Assembly (NCBI RefSeq): GCF_001949145.1
Contig: NW_019091355.1
Location: 305,720-369,719, forward strand
Length of the DNA: 64,000 bases
Direction: 5' to 3'
DNA from: Acanthaster planci
Lineage: Eukaryota
Under the pieces are notes generated by a model. That model saw only the letters and a program-made list of their open reading frames with translations, was not told the origin of the DNA and did not search any database. The translations under genes were made by a program, and so were the position numbers. Below are positions 52,201 through 64,000 of this stretch, piece after piece; the first letter of the stretch is position 1, and the number at the start of each line of letters is the position of its first letter.

Positions 52201-53717
52201 TAGTTGTATCCCAGGCTTTGTCCCAGAGACTTGTTAAATGCATCAAGAAGGTTGAAGCATTTTATGGGGCTTTTAAGAATGGGGTGTGAAATCTGTGCAC
52301 ATTCTTGGATTTGGAATGAAGGCATAAGGACTTGAATGTCTTGGAAAATAAGGGAGATTTCTTATTTCAAAAATTCTGAAAGTAGAAATTTGATGTGAAG
52401 GCTTTTTCCCCAGCTGTTTCTGGTTTAGTTTCATGAGAGTTTATCTTTGTACTCCTTTAACTGACATTGTAATCAATGGTGTGATTGAGATCTTCTATTT
52501 TGAGGTATTTAATCTCAATTTATAAACAAGCTTAACATGATAAGAATGGAGGGATTATATTATCAGTCACAGTTTTCAACATCATAGCTCCTTTCTAAAG
52601 AGAAACTTGCTGCCTACATGTTTAGGGGTTCCTGTGTCTAGGAGTTTCTCCTGCATTGATTATTTGAAGCAGTTAAATCAGATAAAAAATACATCCAGAC
52701 ATTTGTCCCACCTCTAAGCTATTTAAATCTGTCTATACATGTATGTTGCAATGACAAACACTTCACTGCTCTGAAAATATATTTAGACCAGGATTTTGAC
52801 CCTTTAGTGGTAAATCTTATCACCAAATTTATTTTGGAAGTAATCCTTTTATCAGAATGAGGATTACATGCTGACTAAACTCGCTAACCTGACCAGTATT
52901 TACTGTTTAATCTGCTTTAAGTTAGTGAGGCTGACAAAGTAAATTTCATCTTGGAATAAAACCATATCTAAATTTATCACTGTCTCTTTAGTCTGTTTAG
53001 AAAGATAAGTAAAATGTTTAATGGAAGTGTTTTTCATTGAATATCCTGACAGTTAATCCTCTTAATGTATGTCAAATAAGATTTTTGGAATGGATTTGAC
53101 ATCGGAGGTTATACATGTAGATTATTTATAGATCCTACATGTATCATGGCAAAACCAGACAGCTCAATCAAATTATCACGTTGTCTTTTTTCCTGTGAGA
53201 TTTCTGCCATAATTTTTCCCAGAAACCCAAGCCTTGGGGTCATAAGTGGAAATTAAGTATTATTTTCGAGGGACCCATTTCTCACTTTTTATGGGTTTAT
53301 TAGGAAGCACACCATTGAAATAAGGAAAATGAGCAAATTGAGTTTGGTCAGATATGTTAGTGTGTTGTGCAGAGACTCATCGCAGGTACCTATGGCCAGT
53401 TTCCACCCAGAAAGTATTCTTAATTTGTACAATTCTCGTTTTTCATCCAACCAGGTCTGGAACCCAATTCCTCTGTCCAAGTCTCAGAAGAAGACTATCT
53501 TGGTCCAGTCCCCAGTGTAGCAACAGAGGAATCTGACTATGCTCTCTGGCTGTCATGGTTATTCCTCATCACTGTGTTGCTGTGGTTCCTCCAGCAACAA
53601 GTGGGTAGTATCATCATGGATCGCATCAGGGTATTTGCCATTTATGCCCGCCAGGTTTGGCGAACAGGAGAGCTGTATGATCAGGTTGGGGTCTTGGTCC
53701 ATGAACACCATGACTGA
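49281..53717 (+). CDS. TXNDC15: Thioredoxin domain-containing protein 15 (TMX5-like), about 403 aa
   Basis: Exons 49281-49371, 50686-51412, 51760-51890 and 53455-53717 with phases 1/2/1, all GT-AG. N-terminal hydrophobic leader, FYAPWCKFS (CxxS) active site, SLNTRFGIVAVPNVLLF, RFNYSQRT, GPVPS followed by a TM helix, and C-terminal EHHD. Confidence 0.9.
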
Positions 53718-54565
53718 GCAGGTATTACCCTAATCAAAGTGGCGAACTAAGCTTGAATCCAGTTCCACCTACATATACTGACTTTGCTTTGTCTATTGAC
53801 ATGTGGAAGTCCATTGCAGAAGTCATTAATGGGTGCCTTGCCAAAAGTGATTGATTGATATCTATAGTCATTGCTTCAAAGCTGGAATCATTGCCTATTC
53901 ACTCAAAGAGGGAACAGAAGAGGGCGTATTTCAAATGAAATTGACAGTCCTTTGGTATGAACTCACGGCATATGAGCGCAAGTTTTTGTGCATTTGACAT
54001 TCTGAGTACATGTAACAAATTTTTTCTTGAAACACGTGCAAGAACCCAGTTGGAAAACTTTGTACCAGTCTGCCTTTCTTTTGCCGGTGAGGGTGCACTT
54101 CAACTCAGAGTGGATTGGGCCTCTTTTCTTACAAACGGAAGAAAGAAGTTTGGGTAGAGTGGAGATTGGTTTCATTGTAGAGAGATAATTGGTTAAAAAA
54201 TGACAACAGATGACACTGCTGGTTGTCAAACGATTCAAAGTGATCAATTTATTCAAACTGTACTTTGTGTTCTTTAGGACACTCAAAAATATGTGAAAAA
54301 CTTTTGTCAAAATTCATAAAATTTTTACTCCGCTCAAAATTTACATATCAAAACATCTCATATTTTTGCAATCATTCACACCAATGAATGTTTTGAAGTC
54401 TAAAAATTTAAATCATACATCTTGTCAACCTGAACATGTGTGGCAAAGCTGCATGACACTGTTGTTCTAGTATTTAATCTAGAACAGTATCATATTGGAA
54501 TGCATGGCTACTTGTGCACTGTGCTTGCTCTTACATACACACACACACATCCATACACAGCTGTA

Positions 54566-54834
54566 CTTGTGGGGTATTTCCTTTGTTCTCGTGTACAAAA
54601 CTCCCACACAACACGCAAAACATTTCAAATCACTCCAATTTAAACCAAATTCACTTTCCTGGGTTGAAATTTCCACCGTATGTCCCTTAAATAAAACACT
54701 TCAATTTGCGACCGATTTTTACCCATCAAAAATTTCCCCTTTTGGAGTTATTTCCAAATATCAGTTTCGTGAAATTCTTGTGTAAAAACTGGCCTTGTGG
54801 GGTACCTCCCATTGTTCCAGTACCCCACAAGGCC
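54566..54834 (-). mobile_element. Short HINE-like element with a perfect 15-bp terminal hairpin
   Basis: ggccttgtggggtac-(14 nt)-gtaccccacaaggcc at 54791-54834, with a third copy of cttgtggggta at 54566-54576 positioned as the distal subterminal repeat. Confidence 0.45.
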
Positions 54835-54924
54835 TCATGTATAAACGCACAGTCACAAACGTTATAATACTTAGTGTTTGTATTCCTTTGTTTTCGTGCA
54901 GTGAAGAAAAACTCAGTGAAAATA

Positions 54925-56515
54925 CTCGTTAGCTGTTTCGGGCACCGGTGGAAACAAATATTGTTTTTGTTAATTTTTTTTTTCTTTTTTTTTTATACAT
55001 TTTTTAAAATTTCTTCTTTCGCATCAAATCCCATTCCATAACACGGGTTTTCATTCTGAGCAGGACTTTTGCCATTTTGCAATTTTTCGATTGACTTCAA
55101 ACTTGACAGGTCTTTCAACCATCATCCAAAAATGGTCCTAGAAGAAATTCACAATGATAACTTAATTAGTTTATTTATTATTGATTTTTGAATAATTAAT
55201 TTTTTCCATAGACTTTGTGCACAGATTGCACAGAGTTTTTGGACTGTCCTATATCAGGCTGTGAGGGCGCTATTGCAGAATTATGGTAACACCTGTCGGA
55301 TGGGGCTTCAATTTTCAACAAACTGTCCTATATTGAACCACAGATGGCGTTGTTGCACAAGAACGTTAAGACTACCTGAGCTTCGATTTTTGTCGATCAT
55401 TTGTGAGCAGTCCTCAAATTCGACAGAGAATTACTACCAGAACGAAAGAGAAATCAGACTAAATTTTCCCTTCCGTTCGATTGCAACTATACCCAAGACT
55501 CAGATCCTCAAGTAACATTTCAGGTATTTTTTCCATTTTAGACAAAAATCACATGACATAAAATTACAGGAGCAGTTTTCCTGCACACATGTTTCTAGTC
55601 CATTGACTTTGTACATGTTTTCGAGCCAGAATTTTGGTAACTTTGCAATGCTTGATCGTTCCCAAAGTGATAGTCGACAAAAACCCTGATGCAAGATTTA
55701 TTGCAAAGGGATGATGTCATGATGATGTCATCACTTTATTTTATATTGATTTTTTAATTTTTTAATTTTTCGCCACGGGTTTTGTAGTCCTTTACAGGTA
55801 GTCCTTTACTGTGGTGCAAAATTACTACAAGAACGAAAGAGAAATCGGGTACTTTACGCTCTGTTATTTGAAATGTGGCTAAGAGTCTGAATACGTAGTA
55901 ATATTTCATAAAAATTGTTCAGTCTAAGCGCAAATCACGTGACACGAACTTAAAGGAGCATTGTGTCTGCAAACGAGTTTATGGCCCATTGACTTTGTAC
56001 ACGTTTTCGAGCCATGATTTTGTAACTTTGCGATGTTTGATCGTGGACAAAATGATAGCCAACAAAGACCCTGATGGAAGGTTTACAGAAAATTAATGAC
56101 GTCATGATGACATCATCACATGATTTTTAATTGAATTTTGAATATTTAATTTTCCTTGTTGACTGTGTACACAGATCTAAGCCCTTATTTTGGTCACTTA
56201 GTGATGTTCAATGCCCATCACAGTTACACTAAGTAAAAACCCTGTAGCAAATATTTTATCAAATGAATGACATCGTGATGACGTCATATCAAGTGACTTT
56301 TAATTGAATTTTGAATATTTAATTTCCCCCATAGACTTTGTACACATAGAAAATGCAGCAAACATGCACACACATGCCACAAACCTCACCATCTATGGTC
56401 TCATTCATAAAACACACAAATCATCTATATCTTTCCAACACACAACCAGCATTTACACAAAAACCCGAAACAGCTCAGTATTTGTTTACCAACAAAACAC
56501 AACGTTCATCTTGTT
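54925..56515 (+). mobile_element. Helentron-associated non-autonomous element (HINE/DINE-1-like) with internal tandem units
   Basis: Subterminal IRs agctgtttcggg (54931-54942) / cccgaaacagct (56464-56475). Short 5' fold-back tgtttc..gaaaca, then a T-rich tract, internal units of about 390 bp (about 55430-55820 vs 55820-56170, partial third about 56265-56345) and a 3' stem-loop ttgtt-tacc-aacaa ending near cttgttttt. Confidence 0.6.
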
Positions 56516-57249
56516 TTTCTTGAACTGGGAACACGATTTTCAGCTGCCTTTTTGTAAAATGTTTCCTCTTCCTTTTACGACATATGATCCCAACCCCAAA
56601 ATGCCTCTAAAGTTCTTTTTCAGTGAAGGGGAAACGTCCTGTGGACGTGGGTAAGTCCACTGAATGTCCTCCCTTCCTGCATTTTTTTTCACAAGTCCAC
56701 ACTAGCCATGTAAGGTCAGCCCACAAAATTACCCATGCATAAAGCAGGACTGCACTTGGTGCTGATGGATACATGTATTAGCTTGGTGCAGTTATTTGAG
56801 CTGATTCCTTGGAAATAGTAATCAAATCCTTCAAAGAATGTTTTCACCGTCTTGTTACCTCAAATCCACTGTGTACATACGGATCTGAAAAATTTGTTGA
56901 TCTTAAAATCAAATTACAAACCAAAACTTCATTCTGGGATTCTTTTAAAAGTCTTTACAGAATAACCTTGGTGTTGATTGTCTTGTGCAATCCTTTTGGT
57001 ACAGTAAAACTTTACAGTGTCTGAATTAAATGTTTCAGTGCCAGTTTCTCTATTATTTTGAACAGTTCTTTGAGTGAGATTACTTCATTGGCCGCGGTGC
57101 TTCTTTTCTTCAGATACTATAAAACTCAAGTTTGGCATTCATCCCATTACAAACTTTCAAAATGCATGTACATGTACAACAGTTATTTCACATTTGGGTT
57201 TTGGTCCCAACCTAGCTTACATGTATATGCAGGCCTAATTCTTGTTGTC

Positions 57250-60200
57250 CTAGTTGGAGGGTTGTACTTTATTCAAGCATATCACTGATTTACAGCATTG
57301 CTTGAGCAAGGAGAAAACAAAGACAATAATCTCCATCAAGGTGATGGAGGAGATGCCGACATACAAGCCCATCAAACCACCCACAGCACCAAGAATGCTT
57401 TCAATCTGTAAGGAAATGCATAAAATAACATTAGGAAATACTCAGATACCGCCTGACTATATCCGAGTGAAGTAACCTTACATTCAAAGGAAGAAGCTTA
57501 TCAGAAGTATACCAGGAATCTTCTCAGAGCAATGCCACAATTCTGTATGCTCCAGTGGAATATGCCATGAATCCTGTCAGAAATCTTTGAGAATTCTTTG
57601 GGAATCCTATCAGAATTCTCAATTAACTGTTGACTATATTCCGTATTTCAAAAGAGTTCCACAGAGTTTTAGGGAACTTACCGTCCACTGTGGAATTTGT
57701 TCCACTTTCTGATAGTTCAGCTCCTCAAAGTAGATGCGCACACGGGCCAGGTTTTTCCTGCACGTAGTATAATATTATACGAAGTAATTACACTGAAAAG
57801 CATTGCTTCGAAAATAAAAGTCTGCGTGCATCTGTGTGCCTAGCTCTATGGTAGATCAAGGTGCTGCTGCAGCTCATCTGCTTGCCCAAAGTGGTTTTTG
57901 TTGGATGAAATGGGCAGGAATACATAAAAAGTCTATAATTTGACACACACAGCAACCCTTCATTTGAACCCCCCGTGGGAACATGATACAGTTGATTAGC
58001 CTCAGTATAGCATCAACTACCTTAATGGTTTTGTGTTCTTACTCTGGTAGCATTTAAAGTTAAGAAGTTTACAGCTGAGTAACACAGAAAAGGAGAATTC
58101 TAATGAAATGACAAGCTTTGTTTGGATTGTAAAGCAGTTTCAATTTCTATACAATTTCTGAGGAATCTGAAGGTTTATCTTTGTCATCAGGAACACAGCT
58201 TACCTTGTTGTTTCTACATCTTGCAGCATTCTTGCAGCAACGGCATTCTTTGAAGACAGTCGTGAATAGAGATGTTCCTTTTATCAACCGAGAGGAAAAG
58301 TTTTTGTTAACAAGCAATGTTGAAGAAAGTAAATGTTGGAATTTGATTTTTGGGAAGTCTGTCTTGTGTCTTACTTCTAGTCATGATACATTCATGAGTT
58401 AAAGAACTCAATGTTAGAATTAAATTTTGGGTTCAAGTTATTCAACACTTTGACACTTGGCATAGGCTTGGAATGTAACTTTTCATCTTGTCAGACGAAT
58501 TGCTCTCTTTGGTGCCTAAAAGTCACTTCCTTTGACCTTGTTGATGGAATCAAGAAGCTCAAGTCCAAAAATTGCACAAATCTCAAGTGAGACTCACCTC
58601 ATATCGCTCCGAGGGCCATATGGACACAGATGCACTTGTCTTGAAAACATTTTCCCTGTTAAAGACCAAGAGGGCAACATTTCATCAACATTCAAATTTT
58701 GAGATGGCTGCACGTTGGATCATTTTAACCTAGCCATTAAAATAGGTCAACTTTGTCCCCACGAACACACGAAAGGTGAGTTGTCAGATTTGTTTTACAC
58801 TTGCTGACAACAATCTGAGAAGATCGTTCTGTATTTAATGTACTCACTCGCATGCCACAGGGCAGAGACAATCCAGTTTATCTTCTTCGTATAAAGCCTC
58901 AACAAGCTGTCTACATCGCTCTGTGGAATGAAAGTCAAATTGCCAAATTACACTTTTTGTCCAGTGTAGTGTTGCAGATTTATTTTGGTCAGTATTCGAG
59001 TCACGGTCTGATCGAATTTGTCAACGTCATGGTGCTGTGGTCTCAAAATAAAGGTTTTTGATCTAGTGTTGCACAGTCGGATCGGATTTGTTTGGGGGAG
59101 ATGGAGAAGTCTTTACTCAAATTGGCAAATGGAATCATAAACTTTTAAATGTTTCATCGTCGAACAGCGATGGTCCAATTTCAGCATTGAGCTGAATAGG
59201 TCACCCCTGCTTTGGAAGGAAAAAAAAGACAAAGTGCTTTGCTGCAACTATTCATGAGGAAGTAGGACCTTCTCTTGCGATGCAGACTCAAAGACAGTTA
59301 ACTGAGTGCCACCTCACATTATGGTCGGACAATTGCAGGGGAGGATTTACCCCTCAACACTTTGGATGAATGTAGTACAAAAGTATTGCATGTTTTTACA
59401 CCTATTGACTTTTCATTTAAAAACGCAGCTCTGACCGAGAGTCTGAACAAGAGTTGCTTGAAGCATCTGCTTGATTATTGCCTCTTCCATTGACCACGAG
59501 CTGACGTTTTGTTCCAGTATCAAGAAAGTCTTACGCTGAGTGCTGTTAAGGTAACTACACTTCTCTCCGTCCAGCAGAAGGTCAGTGACGCAATCACACC
59601 GATCCTTCAGGTTTCTCTGCATACACTGCTTCTTGCACGTCAAGGGAGAGTACGTAAAGAAATCTGAGGTGAAATTGGTTTCGGTTCCGTAGGTGCAGTT
59701 GCTGTACCACCCACCAAGACGCTTGATGAAATTCTGGGGATTTATGATATGAGACTGGTGATTTTAATTTGATTTCGGTGACGTGCTGTCTGCCCATCAG
59801 AGGTGCGTTCTAGAGCGCAATGCTACCGGTATGCATGGGGGGGGGGGCAAACAGATCACAAATATTGAAGAAAAGTGTCCCTTGTAGGAAAACAGATAAG
59901 TGATGGTTCGGAAGGACCACAAGTGACAGGTGTAGACAGCGAAGTACGTGTTAAAAGACGCTTTAACCTACGCTCAAACACTTTAAGATGACTGGGGGCA
60001 GAAATAACAGTACGTTTAAGAGTATTGACCTACTCTCCGCAGTTGTGGTAACGATAACAAAGAACCCGACTAGATATCGACCAGTTTGAATTTTAAAATT
60101 CAGTGTTAAAAGTTAAACGATATGCTGTGAACTTCAGTCAAGTACGGAAATACAGAGTGAACCGTCATTTGTCCATGTGTAACACGTGATGTTTCACAGT

Positions 60201-62810
60201 ACCTTCCTCAGAGCAATAGACGTAGCCTGTCCAGTAGTCGCAGTGATACCACTGTCTTCAGGATGGGGTGTAGTCTGCCAATGGTTTATGGAGACACGAA
60301 CTCCAGATTCGGGCGAGAACAAACCAACGTACTCTGGCTGCTCGATGAACAATGTCAGGTGAAGACCTGATCACAAAGTTTTAAAAAAGGTCATTTCATT
60401 CAGTTACATGAAACTATTTAGCGTTCTTTCTTGTTTTGACGGATAGCAGACGTTTCAATCTTTCAAATGAAACTAGGGAATATTAGTTGTTAAATTGTTA
60501 AATTTAATATCCTCGATGCCTTGGTAGCTAGGTGTGTTTTGTGCCAGACACAGATTCTGCAAGAGACCGAATTTTTGCAATGTTTTCTCCTTGATCACTT
60601 AAGCCAAGGGAAAATCTTCATAACGTGTATGGACCAGACTCTGTTATGTCACATTCATGCGGACCAGTTGACAGCCTGAGAACTCACCATATTGGAAGCC
60701 TGACTTGCTGGTTGTTCGCACGGTTTCGTTGCGACCGTGATTGAACGTGAAGCAATTTCCGTAATGCGAGTTCTGAAACTTGTAAAAGTCGCTGCAGAAA
60801 GGGACAGAAATGGGCTGGTTTCATTTTGGGGGGTTAAGCAGAGAGAGTGTGTGTACACTTGGGACGAGGTACCGGTAAACCAAGGTAGAATAATGGTCCC
60901 ACAATCTAGCACTACCAATTTAGTGCCAGGACTCAATCGAGCTTGGTGGTCAGTCTCAATGAGTACTAAACGGAAGTTAAAACAACTTTGCATTTCTGTG
61001 TGATGTGAAAAGGATAAGAATGTAAATTGGAACATCTTTAAAGATTACCAAACTGAGGGGTGTAGTCTTCAAAACTTGCGATGTCACCTTATTTTTAGAG
61101 CCAGAATCGAAAAGAGTAATAAAAGTGCTCGACTTTTGTACTGAACAGAATGTGCATGTAACTTTATAGCTAAAGTTTGTGCACATCAGGATGGTAAGAA
61201 TTATTTTAACAACTGATAAAAATTCTGCACACAAACCCAGGAAATGAATACAACTAGCCAACTTTATCAAAATGCTTGTAATACACTTAAGGAATCTACA
61301 CGAGTGTTGAGGGCCGAAAATGGCTGTTCAGTCTGTAACATACACGCGAATTCTGAGCCCACTTACAGCATCAATAATGGAGTGAGTTGGTGCATTATTT
61401 TGCAGTGAATAATACCACTGAAAATGTTACTCACGTGTAGTTGCATTTACGCCTGTCGAACGTGCACTGGAGGATGAAATCTTCTGCTTGATGGCCGAGT
61501 TCATCCATCTCATCTTGGGTAGGATTAGCCACATTGATTATATCACTGAAATCTTCTGATTTGGAATTAGCCAAGAAGCCATCCCAGTCGCTTTCTCCCG
61601 TCACGGTACCGAAATCGTAGTAGTTGTCGTACTCAAAATTGAAGTCGTCTCCAAATTCTGTTTCCCAGTAGTAGTAATTACTGGATGCTGGTGGATATGA
61701 ATAGCTTGACCCAGCCGCTGAACTCCCTCCACCGCCCGCTGAGCTCCCTCCCCCACCCGCAGAGCTACCTCCCCCGCCCACAGAGCTACCTCCTCCGACT
61801 GACGAACTGTTTCCCCCGCCCGCGGAGCTACCTCCTCCGACTGACGAACTATTTCCCCCGCCCGCGGAGCTACCTCCGCCGCCTCCCGAACTTCCCCCGC
61901 CCGCTGAAGCACTCACGAATTGGTTGTAGAAGTCACCTGCTGAGGACCATTCAAAAAACCAAGAGTAGTCATTATCGCCTCCACTGATTCCCCCGTCTAT
62001 TGCGATGACACCCTCGAAGCGGGTTCCTGGTAACTTGGACCGCCTCAGCCGGTTCATGTTGCACACCGTCACAGCGGGGAAATCCACTGACGTGTTTGTA
62101 ATAATATCAATGGTGGTACCATAGGGCCAAGAGAAGAAATCGAGAACCAGGTTAGTGCCTTGGAAGAAGAAGCCTCCAAATGCAACGCAGAGGATAACTA
62201 ACCACAGGAAACTAGCAAAGCAGGAGGAGGCGTTGGCGATACGGGCGACTCCATGCGCTGTCGTCGAATCAGCAAAATTGGTCACAATTGAGCCGCAGGT
62301 CACCGGATGATTCTCCTGTTGAGAATAGATTTCAAAATAATAAAAAGCTGGTACAGTTATTTTTTGCTTGTAACGAATAACATGGTTCATCCTGTCCGCT
62401 GTTCTCCCCCAAGAAACTAAAAACGAGCAAAGCACTGCTTCTACCTAGTGAATAATCACAAAATGTAATTGCATCATTTAGGCCCTACATCTTCTGAAGT
62501 GAAGTCTTCCAACTGTCTTTATTTCCGAATGTAGATTTCGCAATAGTGAGTTTGTTGAGGAAAACACTATTTGTTCTTAATGTGTGCTTAAATAGGCTTT
62601 GCTTTCGTCAGGGACGGCTGATGTGATTGGCTCAGAGCCCTCTTGGTAGCACCGGTCATACGTCCACAAAGGTTCACCCACCTTCTCTGGTTCAGCTGCT
62701 TTGGCTTCAACGCTAGTGGGGGCTTTATTGTGGTAACTTGGCAAGGGAATGGATTCCGATGGCATGACGACAAAGGCGTCGTCATATCCTGCTGGGATGC
62801 CTGTTGTCAT
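57250..62810 (-). CDS. DEG/ENaC-family (amiloride-sensitive sodium channel/ASIC-like) subunit, about 637 aa
   Basis: Coding exons 62810-62682, 62315-61435, 60791-60688, 60366-60203, 59733-59535, 58920-58848, 58655-58598, 58277-58204, 57757-57682 and 57405-57250. All introns are GT-AG with matching phases, total 1914 nt. Motifs FADSTTAHG, TM1, FPAVTVCNMN, FILQCTF, YGNCFTFN, GLHLTL, GVRV, Cys-rich thumb, WPS, NLARVRIYFEELNY, and TM2 LGAVGGLMGLYVGISSITLME. Confidence 0.92.
61704..61914 (-). repeat. Coding minisatellite encoding a Gly/Ser-rich tract (42-bp and 21-bp units)
   Basis: gacgaact at 61801 recurs at 61843 (period 42, SSAGGGNSSSVGGG), followed by SS[AV]GGGG units. Confidence 0.9.
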
Positions 62811-64000
62811 GGTATTTTTGCTGTAAGAGTAATTCAGAACAGTATTTACAGATCAAAAGCAAAATTCCCACAGATGCCGACTAAAAAGACTCTACTTTCA
62901 AAGAAATAATGATGGGAGGCTCCAGCTTTCTGATCTGAAGTCTTTGATCTGGCTCACTTTCGACTCTCCTTGTACAAAATCACAAGATGTCTTGCAACAC
63001 CATTGGTTTGAAGGTCATAGAAAATGGTTTGGGTTGGAGACAAAACCGAACTTTAAAAATAGTTCATGGTTTGTCCATCCTTCGACATCCAATTATTTGA
63101 ATGGTGGTGTTTCACTAAGTTCTTGCTTCCTTTCTCGTTTCGTTTTATGAGTCACCATTGTGGCTTTTACCCATTCCAGAGTGAATTGTAGAACGAAGAT
63201 GAAGTTGCTTAGCAGTACGGTATACTGAAAATCAGTTGAGTAGGTTTGTTTTTATGGGGATGAAGATGGATATAGACAAAATATGAAAGTTTATGGAAAT
63301 ATCGGCATTACCCACTTACAGTATCTTGGTTACTAACCCAAAGCGTATAAATCTTATCAACTAAACAGGTCTTGGAATGTCATAAAATGTGCCTTTATGT
63401 AATTCATTTGCTCTTTGCCAGCTTCAACTTAAAAAAAATTTGATAGTAATTTCTGTTACCAGTTTGCAACTATTGATTTAACATAGTTTAACGGTGCTTA
63501 TGTTGATCAAAACAAGTCAAAAATAATGTGACCCACCATACCAAAACCAGGTTGAAGCAGGTTTACTTGACAATGTATGCCCCTGCTGTTAAGTTTCACA
63601 TTGCAAAATGACCCACAGGGCAAATTTTAATCTGCTGAAGGTTCTGGTAGCGATGGGCAAGTAAACGTTGTTGAAATTCCACTTTTCATATGCGTACTGT
63701 TTCATTTTCTGGATGCTAACTTAGAAACCTTCAGCCCGAAAATCACCTCTTTCTTCCGATTAGAAAACTCTCATAGTAAATACTCGTAATACTTCCGTGC
63801 AACTTCTTCTTATTTCTCATTGCCTTTTCGTTATTGAAAATACATGTGTATGATGTAGATTCCAGTAGAGACTGACTTTGTCCCCGACATACGTCAGTAT
63901 TAAACGGAACCCTGTCGAGAGCTTAATACTTTTTATCCAAAGGAGACTCATAAGTACATGTACACCAATCGAGAAAATGTGCTCACTGCACTTACCTCAT

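Noticed and set aside
60655..61035. 126-aa minus-strand ORF inside the channel gene
   Set aside because: Wrong frame. The real exon (60791-60688, YGNCFTFN) is in another frame and the rest is intron.
61601..61987. Repetitive ORFs overlapping the Gly/Ser tract (61601-61912 minus, 61685-61987 plus)
   Set aside because: Shadow frames of the GC-rich coding repeat.

Overview
Eukaryotic, intron-containing, AT-rich genomic DNA from a metazoan. Gene content, repeat types and the abundance of TACATGTA/TAGGCCTA suggest a marine invertebrate deuterostome such as an echinoderm, but this is inference. I assembled eight protein-coding genes by hand from splice sites and reading-frame phase: FUT10/11-type fucosyltransferase (+, 3 exons), MARCH1/8 RING-CH E3 ligase (-, 3 coding exons), a short PUFA-type ELOVL elongase (+, 2 coding exons), three tandem ELOVL3/6-type elongases with uninterrupted CDSs (-), TXNDC15 (+, 4 exons) and a DEG/ENaC channel (-, 10 coding exons) with a large Gly/Ser-rich, acidic-aromatic insertion in its extracellular finger region. 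A probable first exon of a ninth gene points leftwards from about 8 kb. Non-coding DNA holds many non-autonomous elements (Helentron/HINE-like, MULE-like, Harbinger-like, CACTA-like, a nested fold-back element), a LINE 3' remnant, two small tandem duplications and one 452-N gap. The most interesting items are the four-gene elongase cluster and the unusual DEG/ENaC ectodomain. No prokaryotic systems, CRISPR arrays or intact RNA genes were seen.
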